Shown: piece by piece, positions 8,999 through 19,868 of the stretch
Position numbering within the stretch: position 1 is the stretch's first letter
How the letters are laid out: each line of letters opens with the position of its first letter
NCBI GenBank assembly: GCA_036397835.1
Contig: DASWIG010000100.1
Location: forward strand, 67-64,066
DNA: 64,000 nucleotides
DNA from: Thermoanaerobaculia bacterium
GTDB lineage: Bacteria > Acidobacteriota > Thermoanaerobaculia > Multivoradales > J023
Reading direction: 5' to 3'
Made by a program: the position numbers and the translations under genes
Notes under the pieces: generated by a model
Told to the model about the DNA's origin: nothing
The model's input: the letters and a program-made list of their open reading frames with translations, nothing else
The model's database searches: none

Positions 8999-11900
8999 AT
9001 GTCCAAGCCCAACGCCGTCTCCTCACGTTTCGCGCTCACGACCTTCGTCCTCGCCGCCTTGCTGGCTGGCGGAGCGGCCGCCGACGACCGCGACCTGCTG
9101 CGCGAGTCGGGAGCCAATCCTTACGTCTTCATCGTCTTCGACACCTCCGGCTCGATGCACTGGACGCCGAAGTGTACCCAGGAGCAGTTCGACGACGGCA
9201 CCTGCGACTTCCTGTGCCCGACGGGAGACTGTTTCGCAGCGATGAACGGCGACGATCCGGCGTCGAAGTTCCGCCAGGCCAAGGAGGCCCTCTACGAGGT
9301 GATCGGCGGGCTCGAGGGCATCAACTACGGCTTCATGACCTACAACCAGGACAGCCTCCGGGTGCACGAGAAGCACTTCCTGTACCGGGTCAGCGACACC
9401 CAGCCCGACGGCGTCACGCCCAACGCCTCGCTGACGCTGGTCAACGGCGATGCCTTCCCCGCCATCGCCCGCCATTGCACGCTCTCCGGCGCCGGCTGCA
9501 ACGCCGACGCCGACTGCGGCGCGCGCGGCGGCACCTGCGAGTACGAAGACGTCTTCGGCGCCGGCTGGAATTGCGACGAGGGCACGGGCGACCAGAGAAA
9601 GGGCTGCTATGGCAGCTCGAGCCGCATCGCGGACATGAACGACGACTGGGAGCTGCGCCGCGCCCAGCGCGTGCCCAAGCTGGGCCGCGGCCCGGATTTC
9701 TCTGGTATCGCCAGCGGCGAATACCAGGACGACTTCGACGCCGACTCGTTCCTCAACGACGACGGCAGCCTGAGCTGGTCGGGCGGCTGGATCGAGTCCG
9801 ATCACTCCGGCGGCGCCGGGCCGACGGCCGGCAACGCGCAGATCTCGGGCGGCAAGCTGCGTCTCGACCACAATACCAGCCCGCCCGTCCCGTCGAGCCT
9901 GGCGCGCCAAGCGAACCTCGGATCGTGGCTCGGCGCCGTGCTCGAGTTCGACTGGGAGGTGGTGGGCGGCCTCGAGACCAACGACGCGGTGGAGGTCGAG
10001 ATCTCGTCCAACGGCGGCTCCTCCTGGACGATCCTCGAGCGATTCTCCGGCTTCAACAACCCCACCGGCGGCAGCCGGAGCTACGACGTGACGGCCTACG
10101 CCGCGAGCAACACGCAGATCCGGTTCCGCGTCGCGAACGAGCTCCGCGGCTCCGACGAGCAGTTCCGGGTCGACAATCTGGTGCTCCGTCCCGACATTCC
10201 GGAAACCGTGATCTACCTGCGCAACAACGCCGACGGCCGACGCTACAAGCTCATCTACCGGCCGGTGGCGACGCTGCCCGACGGCAGCGCCAACAAGTAC
10301 GGCAATTCGAAGCTGGCGGTGGAGATCGAGGTCCGCCAGTGCACCGACGACAACGACAACTGCGCTTCGAGCTTCGTGGACAAGGAGGTCGTCTACTACG
10401 ACCTGGTGGACGAGTACGGCTCGTGGGACAACGGCGCCGACCGCGGTCCGCGCACCATGGGCTTCTTCAACCAGTCGTCGGCCGGCGACGCCGACGCCAC
10501 CAACACCTGCACCGGCGGCGACCACAACGACGACGCCGACGCCGACAAGTATCCGGACTCCGCGGGCTACAACTTGCGATGGCCGACCGATCCCGACCCG
10601 CCGCCGCTGCGTTTCGACACCGACGGCGACGGCTTCCTGGATCTCGAGGATTTCCCGGTCGGCGACCTGGTCCCTTTCGACTGGGAAGACGACCACAAGG
10701 TCGATCTGCTCGAGCGGCTGGCGCCCAACACGGGCGTCAATCCGGCGGCGCCGCCGGACTTCCGCGTGGCGAGCTACTTCCGTGACGTGCACCAGAGCGG
10801 CGAAGACTTCCTGCGCCTCAAGGACGAGCGGATGCGGCCGATGGTCGCCGAGGGCGCGACGCCTCTCGGCGGCGCCGTTGCGGACTTTCGCGAATGGTAC
10901 AGCGGCTGCCGGATCGGCACCTGCCCGGGCGCCACCGGCTGGCAGGACGTCGCCGTGGTTTTCGACCGCGACTTCAACTGCCGCAAGAAGTTCCTGATCG
11001 TGCTCACCGACGGAGACAACACCTGCACCGGTCCCTCCGCCTGCACGGGCACGGCGAGCCTGCAAGCCCAGTTGGGCATCAAGACCTACGTGGTCGCCTT
11101 CGGCGTCGCGCAGGGCAACGGCAACACGCTCACCTGCATGGCGAACAACGGCGGCACCGGCGAACCGATCTACCCGCAGAACAAGGAGGAGCTGGTCACG
11201 GCCCTGAATGAGCTGTTCGGCGAGATCAAGGTCGCAGCGCGCTCCTTCGCTTCGGCCTCGGTGCCCACGGTGCAGAACGAGACCTCCGACAAGATCTACC
11301 TCTCGAGCTTCACGCCGCTGCCCGACATCGCGGTGTGGCCGGGGCGGGTCAACGCCTTCCGCAAACCCTTGCCCTTGAAAGACGACAACACGCCCGACTT
11401 CGACCGCAAGTGCGATACCGGGAGCCCCTTGACGTCGTTGCAGGCCTCCTGCCACCTGTGGGACGCCAGCGCGGAGCTTCTGAACCAGGCGCCGACGGCG
11501 ACCGACGTCGCCGGCGGGGACTACAAGATCGGCAACGCCGCCGACGAGCGTCGGGTGCTCTACAGCCAGCGGCGGGTCAACGAAGCCGTACCCACGGACC
11601 TTCGACTGTTCCTGCCGCCGACCGCGGCCTCGCCCGCCTCGGCCAACGAAATCGACCTGTGGGACGGGCTCGGCCTCGCCTACATGCCCGGCGACGCGGC
11701 GTCGGAGGCGGCGGCGCGGACCGAGGCCGAACGGATCGTCGGCGAGACCTTGCGGATCAAGGAGGAGTCCATTCCCGATCCCGACGATCCCATCAACAAT
11801 CCGCCCCAGGAGTTCACCTACGTGCTCGGCGACATCTTCCACGCCGATCCGGAGGTGCTCGGCGGCCCCACCAACCTGATCTACTTCCGCGACGACCTGA

Positions 11901-13846
11901 ACGGCTACCAGGACTACGCCGAGCAACACTTCTGGCGCCGCAAGATGCTGGCGGTGGCGGCCAACGACGGCCAGCTCCACTTCTTCGACGCCGGCATCCG
12001 CACCGAGGTCTTCGACCCCTTCGCCGGCGTCACCGTGGAGAGGTTCACCGACGGTACCGGCGCCGAGCTCTTCTCCTACATCCCGCGGCTGGTGCTGCCG
12101 ATCGTCCGCGACCAGGCGGGCGGACCCCAGCACATCTATTCGCTCGACGGCGTCTTGTCGGGCGCCGACGTCTTCATCGATCCGCTCCACGACGGCACCA
12201 ACAACACCCCCGCCGACCGCGGCTGGCGCGCCGTCCTGGTGTCGGGCCTGCGCGAGGGCGGCGACGTGTTCCGCCAATCCGCTCCCACGCCGGGCTTCGT
12301 CAGCGGCTACTTCGCGCTCGACGTGACCCAGCCGGACGTGCTGGTCACGCCGGCGCCGTCGCCGGCCGACCCGGAGCCGCGCCCGCGTCCGACGCCGGCC
12401 GGGCAGCTCGTGCCCTCCTGCCTGGGCTTCGACGCCGACGGCATTCAAACGCTCTCGAGCGCCTGCCCGACGCCGGCGGGGGCGGACTTCGGCTTCCCGA
12501 TGGAGCTGTGGTCGTTCACCGACGCGGCGCCGTTCACCCTCGGCGGCCCCTACTACCTCGACGAGGAAGACGCCAACGGCGACGGGCTCCCCGACGGCAA
12601 CGACGAGCGCGATCTGGGCGATACCTGGTCGAAGCCGATCGTCGGGCGGATCCGCATCTGCACCGGAGTGACCTGCGACCCGGCCGCCGACCCCAACGAC
12701 ATCGAGGACCGTTACGTGGCCATCTTCGGCGGCGGCCTCGAGCCCAAGAGCCCGAACAGCTCGCTGCGCGGCGCCTGGCTCTACATGGTCGACGTGGAGA
12801 CCGGCCGCGCCATCTACAAGCGCCAGCTCGAGGGCGCCGCCGCCGCCGCGCCGACCGTGCTCGACGGCGACCGCGACGGCTACTTCGACACGATCTACAT
12901 CGGCACCACCCTCGGCTTCATCTACAAGGTCGACCTCACCGCCCTCGACTCGACGGGCGGCGTGCCGCGGCTCGTTGCCGTGACCATCGACAACTCCCGC
13001 CTGGTGGGCAGCCCGCTCGCCCCTGCCGACAGCGCCACGGTGGAGCGCGTCACCGACGCCGCCTGGAAGCCCTTCAAGATCTTCTCCACCAACGGGCGGC
13101 CGATCTACATGACGATCACGGCGTTCGTGGTGCCGGACCTCGAGCAGTTCGCCCTCGCCGTGGGCACCGGCAACCGGCACAACCTGTGGACGCGCAACGG
13201 CGTCGAGGCGCGCTTCTACGTGATCGTCGACGAGAGCTACACCCCGGCCTCGGCCGGGCTGCCGAAGACCGAGGCCAGCTACGCGGCCGTCGCCGACACC
13301 GACCCCGAGACCACGGACAGCTTCCTGCTCGACCGCAACCCGGGCGAGCGCGGCTGGGTGCTGCGGCTCGGCGTCGACGAGCGGGTGATCACCCAGGCCT
13401 TCGCCCTGGTCGGGGTGATGGTCTTCACCTCCTTCGATCCCGATCCCGACCCCGACCCCCTGGCCGGCGCCTGCGCGCGCTCGGGCGACAGCCGGATCTT
13501 CGTGGTCGACGGGGAGAACGCCAACGCCTTCGTCGACCTCGATCCCTCGACCGCGGGCACCGAGCGTTACCTCACCGAGGGCGACTTCACCACCTCGCCC
13601 TACGTAGACCAGACCAGCACCAAGAACCCCGGCACCTCCGGCAAGACCACCGAATCGGAGGACGACGCTACCCAGGTCGCGTTGCAGGAGGCGATCCGCC
13701 AGGCTCTCATGCGGTTCTTCCCCGAGGGCTGCCGGTACAACAAGGCGTACTCGTTCACCGTCAACGCCAGCCGCTCCGATACCGGGCACGTGCGCTACGC
13801 TACGATTCCGGTGGCGATGTGTCCGATCGACTGGAACGAGGAGTAG
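8999..13846 (+). CDS. pilY1: PilY1-like type IV pilus tip adhesin (vWA domain plus large C-terminal beta-propeller-like region), 1615 aa
   Basis: Signal peptide; YVFIVFDTSGSMHW vWA MIDAS-like DxSGS motif; position directly after the FimT-PilV-PilW-PilX genes as in pilY1 loci; Asp/Gly-rich Ca-binding-like stretches. Confidence 0.75.
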   Translation: MSKPNAVSSRFALTTFVLAALLAGGAAADDRDLLRESGANPYVFIVFDTSGSMHWTPKCTQEQFDDGTCDFLCPTGDCFAAMNGDDPASKFRQAKEALYEVIGGLEGINYGFMTYNQDSLRVHEKHFLYRVSDTQPDGVTPNASLTLVNGDAFPAIARHCTLSGAGCNADADCGARGGTCEYEDVFGAGWNCDEGTGDQRKGCYGSSSRIADMNDDWELRRAQRVPKLGRGPDFSGIASGEYQDDFDADSFLNDDGSLSWSGGWIESDHSGGAGPTAGNAQISGGKLRLDHNTSPPVPSSLARQANLGSWLGAVLEFDWEVVGGLETNDAVEVEISSNGGSSWTILERFSGFNNPTGGSRSYDVTAYAASNTQIRFRVANELRGSDEQFRVDNLVLRPDIPETVIYLRNNADGRRYKLIYRPVATLPDGSANKYGNSKLAVEIEVRQCTDDNDNCASSFVDKEVVYYDLVDEYGSWDNGADRGPRTMGFFNQSSAGDADATNTCTGGDHNDDADADKYPDSAGYNLRWPTDPDPPPLRFDTDGDGFLDLEDFPVGDLVPFDWEDDHKVDLLERLAPNTGVNPAAPPDFRVASYFRDVHQSGEDFLRLKDERMRPMVAEGATPLGGAVADFREWYSGCRIGTCPGATGWQDVAVVFDRDFNCRKKFLIVLTDGDNTCTGPSACTGTASLQAQLGIKTYVVAFGVAQGNGNTLTCMANNGGTGEPIYPQNKEELVTALNELFGEIKVAARSFASASVPTVQNETSDKIYLSSFTPLPDIAVWPGRVNAFRKPLPLKDDNTPDFDRKCDTGSPLTSLQASCHLWDASAELLNQAPTATDVAGGDYKIGNAADERRVLYSQRRVNEAVPTDLRLFLPPTAASPASANEIDLWDGLGLAYMPGDAASEAAARTEAERIVGETLRIKEESIPDPDDPINNPPQEFTYVLGDIFHADPEVLGGPTNLIYFRDDLNGYQDYAEQHFWRRKMLAVAANDGQLHFFDAGIRTEVFDPFAGVTVERFTDGTGAELFSYIPRLVLPIVRDQAGGPQHIYSLDGVLSGADVFIDPLHDGTNNTPADRGWRAVLVSGLREGGDVFRQSAPTPGFVSGYFALDVTQPDVLVTPAPSPADPEPRPRPTPAGQLVPSCLGFDADGIQTLSSACPTPAGADFGFPMELWSFTDAAPFTLGGPYYLDEEDANGDGLPDGNDERDLGDTWSKPIVGRIRICTGVTCDPAADPNDIEDRYVAIFGGGLEPKSPNSSLRGAWLYMVDVETGRAIYKRQLEGAAAAAPTVLDGDRDGYFDTIYIGTTLGFIYKVDLTALDSTGGVPRLVAVTIDNSRLVGSPLAPADSATVERVTDAAWKPFKIFSTNGRPIYMTITAFVVPDLEQFALAVGTGNRHNLWTRNGVEARFYVIVDESYTPASAGLPKTEASYAAVADTDPETTDSFLLDRNPGERGWVLRLGVDERVITQAFALVGVMVFTSFDPDPDPDPLAGACARSGDSRIFVVDGENANAFVDLDPSTAGTERYLTEGDFTTSPYVDQTSTKNPGTSGKTTESEDDATQVALQEAIRQALMRFFPEGCRYNKAYSFTVNASRSDTGHVRYATIPVAMCPIDWNEE

Positions 13847-13849
13847 TCC

Positions 13850-14599
13850 GTGCGACGAGCGCTCACGACATGGCTCGCGATCCTCCCGGCCGCCCTGCTG
13901 GCGGCCGGGCCGGCTGCCGCCGACCGGCTGCAAACCCGCGACGGCGCCCTGGTGGAGACCAAAGGCCCCTGGAAGATCCAGGGCTCGCTGGTGATCTTCA
14001 CCCTCCCGAACGGCACCCTGTCGTCGCTGCGCGTCTCCGAGGTCGACCTCGACGCCAGCGCCGTGGCGACCATGGAGGCCAGGAACCCGCCGCCTCCGCC
14101 TCCGGAGCCCGAGCCGCGGGAGGCCGTCGCCGAGATCACCATGAAGCAGGTGCGGCGGGCGCCGCCGCCGCGCCCTGCCGAAGAGGCGGAGGGCTCCAAG
14201 GCCGCGGCGGAAGGCGCCGGCGGTGAAGGCGGCGCGCCCCCGCCGCCTCCGCCGCCGCCCGTCAACGTGATCGCCTGGCGTCCGGCCGAAGGCCGCGACG
14301 GCGCCCTCGAGATCCTCGGCACCCTGCGCAACGAAGGGCGCGAGATCGTCACCGATCTCGGCGTGACGGTCTCGCTCTTCGACGAGGCCGGCGCCACCGT
14401 GGCCACCGCCAACGCCTTCCTGGGCGCGGTCTCGCTGGCGCCGGGCACCACCACGACGATGCGGGCGCTCTTCCCCGACGTCTACCGGTTCGCCGGGGAG
14501 CCGAGCTTCCAGGTGCGCGCCAACCCCATCCGCATCCAGGGGGTGGGGACGGCGCCCCCCGGCGAAGCGTCGGCGCAGGAGGCGGGCGGCGAAAGCTGA
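13850..14599 (+). CDS. Secreted protein with two poly-Pro linkers and a ~110-aa C-terminal domain (unknown function), co-operonic with pilY1
   Basis: Signal peptide MRRALTTWLAILPAALLAAGPAAA; PPPPPPEPEP and PPPPPPPP linkers; 4-bp gap after pilY1. Confidence 0.5.
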   Translation: MRRALTTWLAILPAALLAAGPAAADRLQTRDGALVETKGPWKIQGSLVIFTLPNGTLSSLRVSEVDLDASAVATMEARNPPPPPPEPEPREAVAEITMKQVRRAPPPRPAEEAEGSKAAAEGAGGEGGAPPPPPPPPVNVIAWRPAEGRDGALEILGTLRNEGREIVTDLGVTVSLFDEAGATVATANAFLGAVSLAPGTTTTMRALFPDVYRFAGEPSFQVRANPIRIQGVGTAPPGEASAQEAGGES

Positions 14600-14627
14600 C
14601 GGCCGGCGCGGTGCTAGAGTCGGGGGC

Positions 14628-16745
14628 ATGGACCGGCCAGCTCTGCGTGAGGCCTTCCTTCACGACGCTCCGCTGAAGCTCGCCGCCCTGGTCTTCCTCG
14701 CCATCGGCGCGGCGTATCTCCTGCCGGGGATCGCCCCCGAGCGGATCGAGCTGCTCGCCGCCTACCTGTGGGGCCCGCTCCTCCTCGTCACCGCCATCGC
14801 CGCCGTCCAGCTCGGACTGCGGCGGCTCCCGGCGGGCGCCGGCCGCCAGTTCTGGAGCTACGTCACCGCGGCCCTCGCCCTGCGCCTGGTGGCCTCGTGC
14901 GTCGAGACCGCGGTGCCCGAGCTGCGCAACGGCGTGCGCGGCTCGCTGCTCGTCGACTGCCTCTACGCCAGCTACTACCTCACCCTCGTCTTCGCCACCG
15001 AGATCCGCCCCGACCTCTCGCCTGCCGGCCGCGCGGGCGGCCGCGAAGAGGAGCTGCAGCGCGGCAGCACCGTGTCGTTCATCCTGGCGCTGCTGATCTA
15101 CTGCGCCGTGATCCCCAGCCAGCGCAACCCTGAGGAATACCTGACCGGCCGCCTGTCGATCTTCCTCTACCTCTGTCTCGATGCCTTCTTCCTCATCCGT
15201 TTCGCCTACCTCGCGGGCGTCACGCCGTCGCGGCGGTGGCGGCTCGTCTATCGTGCCTTCCTGGTCTCGTACGCCTTCTCGGTGGCCCTCCTGCTCTTCC
15301 AGGTCCAGGCCATGGCGGCGCGCAGCCTGCTGCCGCCCTACGTCGGCACCCGGTGGGACCTGCTGTGGTACCTGCCGCTGGTGCCGATCATCGTGGCGGC
15401 GCGCCTCGCCCGTTACGGGAGCGAGGAGCCGGCCGCCGGCCGCGACGCCGAGCCCTTCACGCCGCGGGTATGGGAGCCGGTCGCCTTCTACGCGATCGCC
15501 TTTCCGCTGCTCCACCTGATCCTCGATTTCAACGGCCAGCTCACGGTGCCCAGCCGCACCATCCAGCAGGGCCTGGTGATCCTCTACTTCGTGTTCTTCG
15601 GCGCCCTCGCCCTCGTCCACGGCCACTGGCGGGAGGGCAAGCGGCGCGAGGCCGAGCAGGCCCTGCGCCTCAGCGAGCGGCGCTACCGCCAGCTCATCGA
15701 AAGCCATCCCGACGCCATCCTGATCGAGCAGGACGGATCGCTCGCCTACGCCAACGCCGCCGGCGTCGCGAAGCTCGGCGCCGCCGGCCCGGACGGCCCG
15801 GGCTCGCTGGCCGCGCTCGGCTTCCCGCCGCCGCCCGACCCGCTCGAGAGCACGCGGCCGGGGACGCGGGGCGAGGTGCCGGCCGAGTGCCGCGTGAGGG
15901 ACGCCGGCGGCGAGGAGATGGACCTCGAGGTGACGTATCAGCGCCTGACCTACCTGGGTCGTCCGGCCGTCCAGGCGATCGCTCGCGACGTGACCGTGGC
16001 CAAGCGCCAGCGGGAGGAATCCGAGCGCACGGCGCGGCTGGCCTCGCTCGGCCAGTTCTCCGCCGCTCTGGCGCACGAGATCCGCAACCCGCTCGCCGCG
16101 ATCGTGATGCACAGCTTCTTCCTCGCCGAGCGCCTGCCCAAGGACGACGAGGAGAACCTGCGCACGCTGGCCGACATCGACGCCGCGGTGGATCGCATGC
16201 AGAAGCTCGTCGACGGCATCCTCGGCTTCGTGCGGCCCGGCTCGCTGCAGCTCGCCGAGGAAGACCTGATCGCGGTGATCGATTCGGCGCGCCTCGACCT
16301 CGACCGGCGCGCCCAGCTCTCGGGCGTCGCCTTCGTGGAGGACTACCGCCACGAGGCCTCGGTGGTCGAGGTGGACGCCGGCCGCATGGTGGTGGCGTTC
16401 TCGAACCTGCTCGACAACGCCGTCAGGGCGATGCCCGACGGCGGCACCCTCACCCTGCGCACGCGCCACCCGGCGCCGGGCCGGATCGAGGTGGTCGTCG
16501 AGGACACCGGCGTGGGGATCCGCGAGGACGACCTGGAGCGCGTCTTCGAGCCCTTCTTCACCCGCCGCGAGGGCGGCGTGGGTCTCGGGCTGGCGCTCGC
16601 CGCCCGCATCTTCGACCAGCACGCCTGCCGCTACCGGGTCGAGAGCGAGCCGGGCGGCGGCACCCGCTTCTTCCTCGACTTCGCGCTGGCCGGCGCGCCG
16701 CGCGCCGCGGCGGCCGGCGAGCTCGCCGGCGTCCACACCCGATAG
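14628..16745 (+). CDS. Polytopic membrane sensor histidine kinase (PilS-like): about 7-8 TM, PAS, HisKA, HATPase_c
   Basis: Multiple TM helices in the first 330 aa; LRLSERRYRQLIESHPDAIL (PAS); SLGQFSAALAHEIRNPLAAI (H-box); DTGVGI...GGVGLGLA (G-boxes). Confidence 0.85.
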   Translation: MDRPALREAFLHDAPLKLAALVFLAIGAAYLLPGIAPERIELLAAYLWGPLLLVTAIAAVQLGLRRLPAGAGRQFWSYVTAALALRLVASCVETAVPELRNGVRGSLLVDCLYASYYLTLVFATEIRPDLSPAGRAGGREEELQRGSTVSFILALLIYCAVIPSQRNPEEYLTGRLSIFLYLCLDAFFLIRFAYLAGVTPSRRWRLVYRAFLVSYAFSVALLLFQVQAMAARSLLPPYVGTRWDLLWYLPLVPIIVAARLARYGSEEPAAGRDAEPFTPRVWEPVAFYAIAFPLLHLILDFNGQLTVPSRTIQQGLVILYFVFFGALALVHGHWREGKRREAEQALRLSERRYRQLIESHPDAILIEQDGSLAYANAAGVAKLGAAGPDGPGSLAALGFPPPPDPLESTRPGTRGEVPAECRVRDAGGEEMDLEVTYQRLTYLGRPAVQAIARDVTVAKRQREESERTARLASLGQFSAALAHEIRNPLAAIVMHSFFLAERLPKDDEENLRTLADIDAAVDRMQKLVDGILGFVRPGSLQLAEEDLIAVIDSARLDLDRRAQLSGVAFVEDYRHEASVVEVDAGRMVVAFSNLLDNAVRAMPDGGTLTLRTRHPAPGRIEVVVEDTGVGIREDDLERVFEPFFTRREGGVGLGLALAARIFDQHACRYRVESEPGGGTRFFLDFALAGAPRAAAAGELAGVHTR

Positions 16746-16770
16746 AGTCCGAGGCGACGGAGACGACCCG

Positions 16771-18138
<1,368 letters not shown>

Positions 18139-18144
18139 AGCGCC

Positions 18145-18672
18145 TCACGGGCCGTGGGCGAGGTCGAAGCGGCTGCGGCGGCGGCCAAGCACGTCGAGGG
18201 CCAGCGTCCGGCCGTTGACCGAGTAGCTCCAGGGCGGCTCGACGGAGGCCGACCACAGCTTCGCGCCCGCCAGGTCCCAGGCCGCGAGCTCGCGCTCCGC
18301 CGACATCACGACCACGTCGCCGTGGCGCTGCCAGCCCCAGAAGCCCACCGCCGTGCGCTCCCGCCACAGACGGGCGATCCGCTCGAGGTCGTAGCCGAGG
18401 ATCCTCTCGCCGGCGCCCACGAAGAGGCGCCGGGTCTCGGGGATGAGCACGGCGCCGGGATAGAAACCGGAGCCGTCGCAGTCGAAGCGCAGGGCCACCG
18501 CCAGCAAGGGCACCTCGCCGGCGCCCTCGACGCCGAGGAAGCAGGCGCCGTCTGCGGGGTCGTCGAGGTCGATCTCCTCGACCAGGCGGGCGTGCCCCCA
18601 GTAGTCGGCGTAGAGCTCCGGCAGGCCGTTGCAGACCGACAGGACGTAATCGCCGACGGCGAGAATGAACAC
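18145..18672 (-). CDS. Hypothetical protein
   Basis: ORF with protein-like composition downstream of the PP2C gene on the same strand; no recognisable motif. Confidence 0.35.
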   Translation of the reverse strand: MFILAVGDYVLSVCNGLPELYADYWGHARLVEEIDLDDPADGACFLGVEGAGEVPLLAVALRFDCDGSGFYPGAVLIPETRRLFVGAGERILGYDLERIARLWRERTAVGFWGWQRHGDVVVMSAERELAAWDLAGAKLWSASVEPPWSYSVNGRTLALDVLGRRRSRFDLAHGP

Positions 18673-18709
18673 GAGCGGGTCCTCCGGAGAGCTATCTTAG
18701 ACGATCCCC

Positions 18710-19840
18710 TCACCGGTCGGCGTCGTCTGTCGCCGCCGGCGGCTCGCCCTCCTCGGCGCGGGCCGCCGCCGGGAAGGTCAGCAGCAGGTCGACCAGCTCC
18801 TCGGCACGCTCCTTGTCGAGGCCCCAGCGCATCGCCGTCACGAGGTCCTGGCGCGCGTGCAGGTAGCGGCCCTGCCGGGCGGCTTCGACGCCGCGCTCGA
18901 AGATCCGCGCGGCGTAGAGCCTGGGAAGGACGACGGCGGCGACGAGGACGAGGACGACGGCGAGAGCCAGCAGCCAGCGCGCCCCCCACCAGGGGTGCTG
19001 CTCCTTGGGCAGCAGGCGCACGATCGGCTCGGTGTCGTCGGGCTCGCCTTCGGCCGCCAGACGCTCGGCGTCGCGGCAGCGGCAGGCCACGACCGTCACG
19101 TTGTCGGAGCCGTCCCGGTCGCTGGCGGTGGCGGCCAGGGCCTCCGCCAGGTCCTGGGGACGCGGGAAGCGGCGTGCGATGTGCAGGATCTCGCTGTCGG
19201 TCAGGGCGTTGGTCAGGCCGTCGGTGCAGAGGATGAACAGGTCCTCGTGCGCCAGCTCCTCCGTGCGCACGTCGACCACCGGAGCCTCGACGTCGCCGAG
19301 GGTGCGGGTGAGCACGTTGCGCTGGGGGTGGCGGCGCGCCTCTTCCGAGCTGATCGCGCCCGCCTCGAGCTGGCGGGCGACCCAGGTGTGGTCCGCGGTG
19401 AGGCGCTCGATCCTGCCCGCGCGCACGCGGTAGCAGCGGCTGTCGCCGACGTGGGCGATGAGCGCCCGGCCCTGGCGGAAGACCGCCGCCACGAGCGTGC
19501 TGCCCATGCCGGCGAGCGTCGCCTCGGCCTCGCCCAGGCGGAAGATCTCGTCGCTGGCGTCGCGGATCAACCGGCGCACGGCGGCGGCGAGGTCGTCCTG
19601 GCCTTCGGGCCGGCCGCGGGAACCGCCCGCCCTCAGCTCCTCGAGCAAGCGCTCGACCGCGAGCTGGCTCGCCTCGGCGCCGCCGCGCTCGCCGCCCATG
19701 CCGTCGGCCACGAGCAACACGCCGCTGAGGTCGCTTTGGTCGTCGGGCGGGGGCACGAAGGTGGCGAACCGGTCCTCGTTGCGCCGCCGCTGGCGGCCCA
19801 CGTCGGTGGCGGTGCCGACGTCCATCTTGAATCGCGCCAC
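18710..19840 (-). CDS. PP2C-family Ser/Thr protein phosphatase with C-terminal TM anchor
   Basis: DVGRQRRRNEDRF, LLVADGMGGERGGAEAS, VGDSRCY, LCTDGL, SDNVTVV are PPM motifs; C-terminal hydrophobic WWGARWLLALAVVLVLVAAVV. Confidence 0.85.
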   Translation of the reverse strand: MARFKMDVGTATDVGRQRRRNEDRFATFVPPPDDQSDLSGVLLVADGMGGERGGAEASQLAVERLLEELRAGGSRGRPEGQDDLAAAVRRLIRDASDEIFRLGEAEATLAGMGSTLVAAVFRQGRALIAHVGDSRCYRVRAGRIERLTADHTWVARQLEAGAISSEEARRHPQRNVLTRTLGDVEAPVVDVRTEELAHEDLFILCTDGLTNALTDSEILHIARRFPRPQDLAEALAATASDRDGSDNVTVVACRCRDAERLAAEGEPDDTEPIVRLLPKEQHPWWGARWLLALAVVLVLVAAVVLPRLYAARIFERGVEAARQGRYLHARQDLVTAMRWGLDKERAEELVDLLLTFPAAARAEEGEPPAATDDADR

Positions 19841-19868
19841 GGAGCCTTCCTTTCAGCCGCCCCCCATC

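Noticed and set aside
9023-14629. 1868-aa ORF on the minus strand spanning the pilY1 region
   Set aside because: It is the antisense frame of the PilY1-like gene in 70%-GC DNA. The translation is Arg/Gly/Ala/Pro-rich and low-complexity with no motifs. The plus-strand gene has a signal peptide, a vWA motif and operon context.
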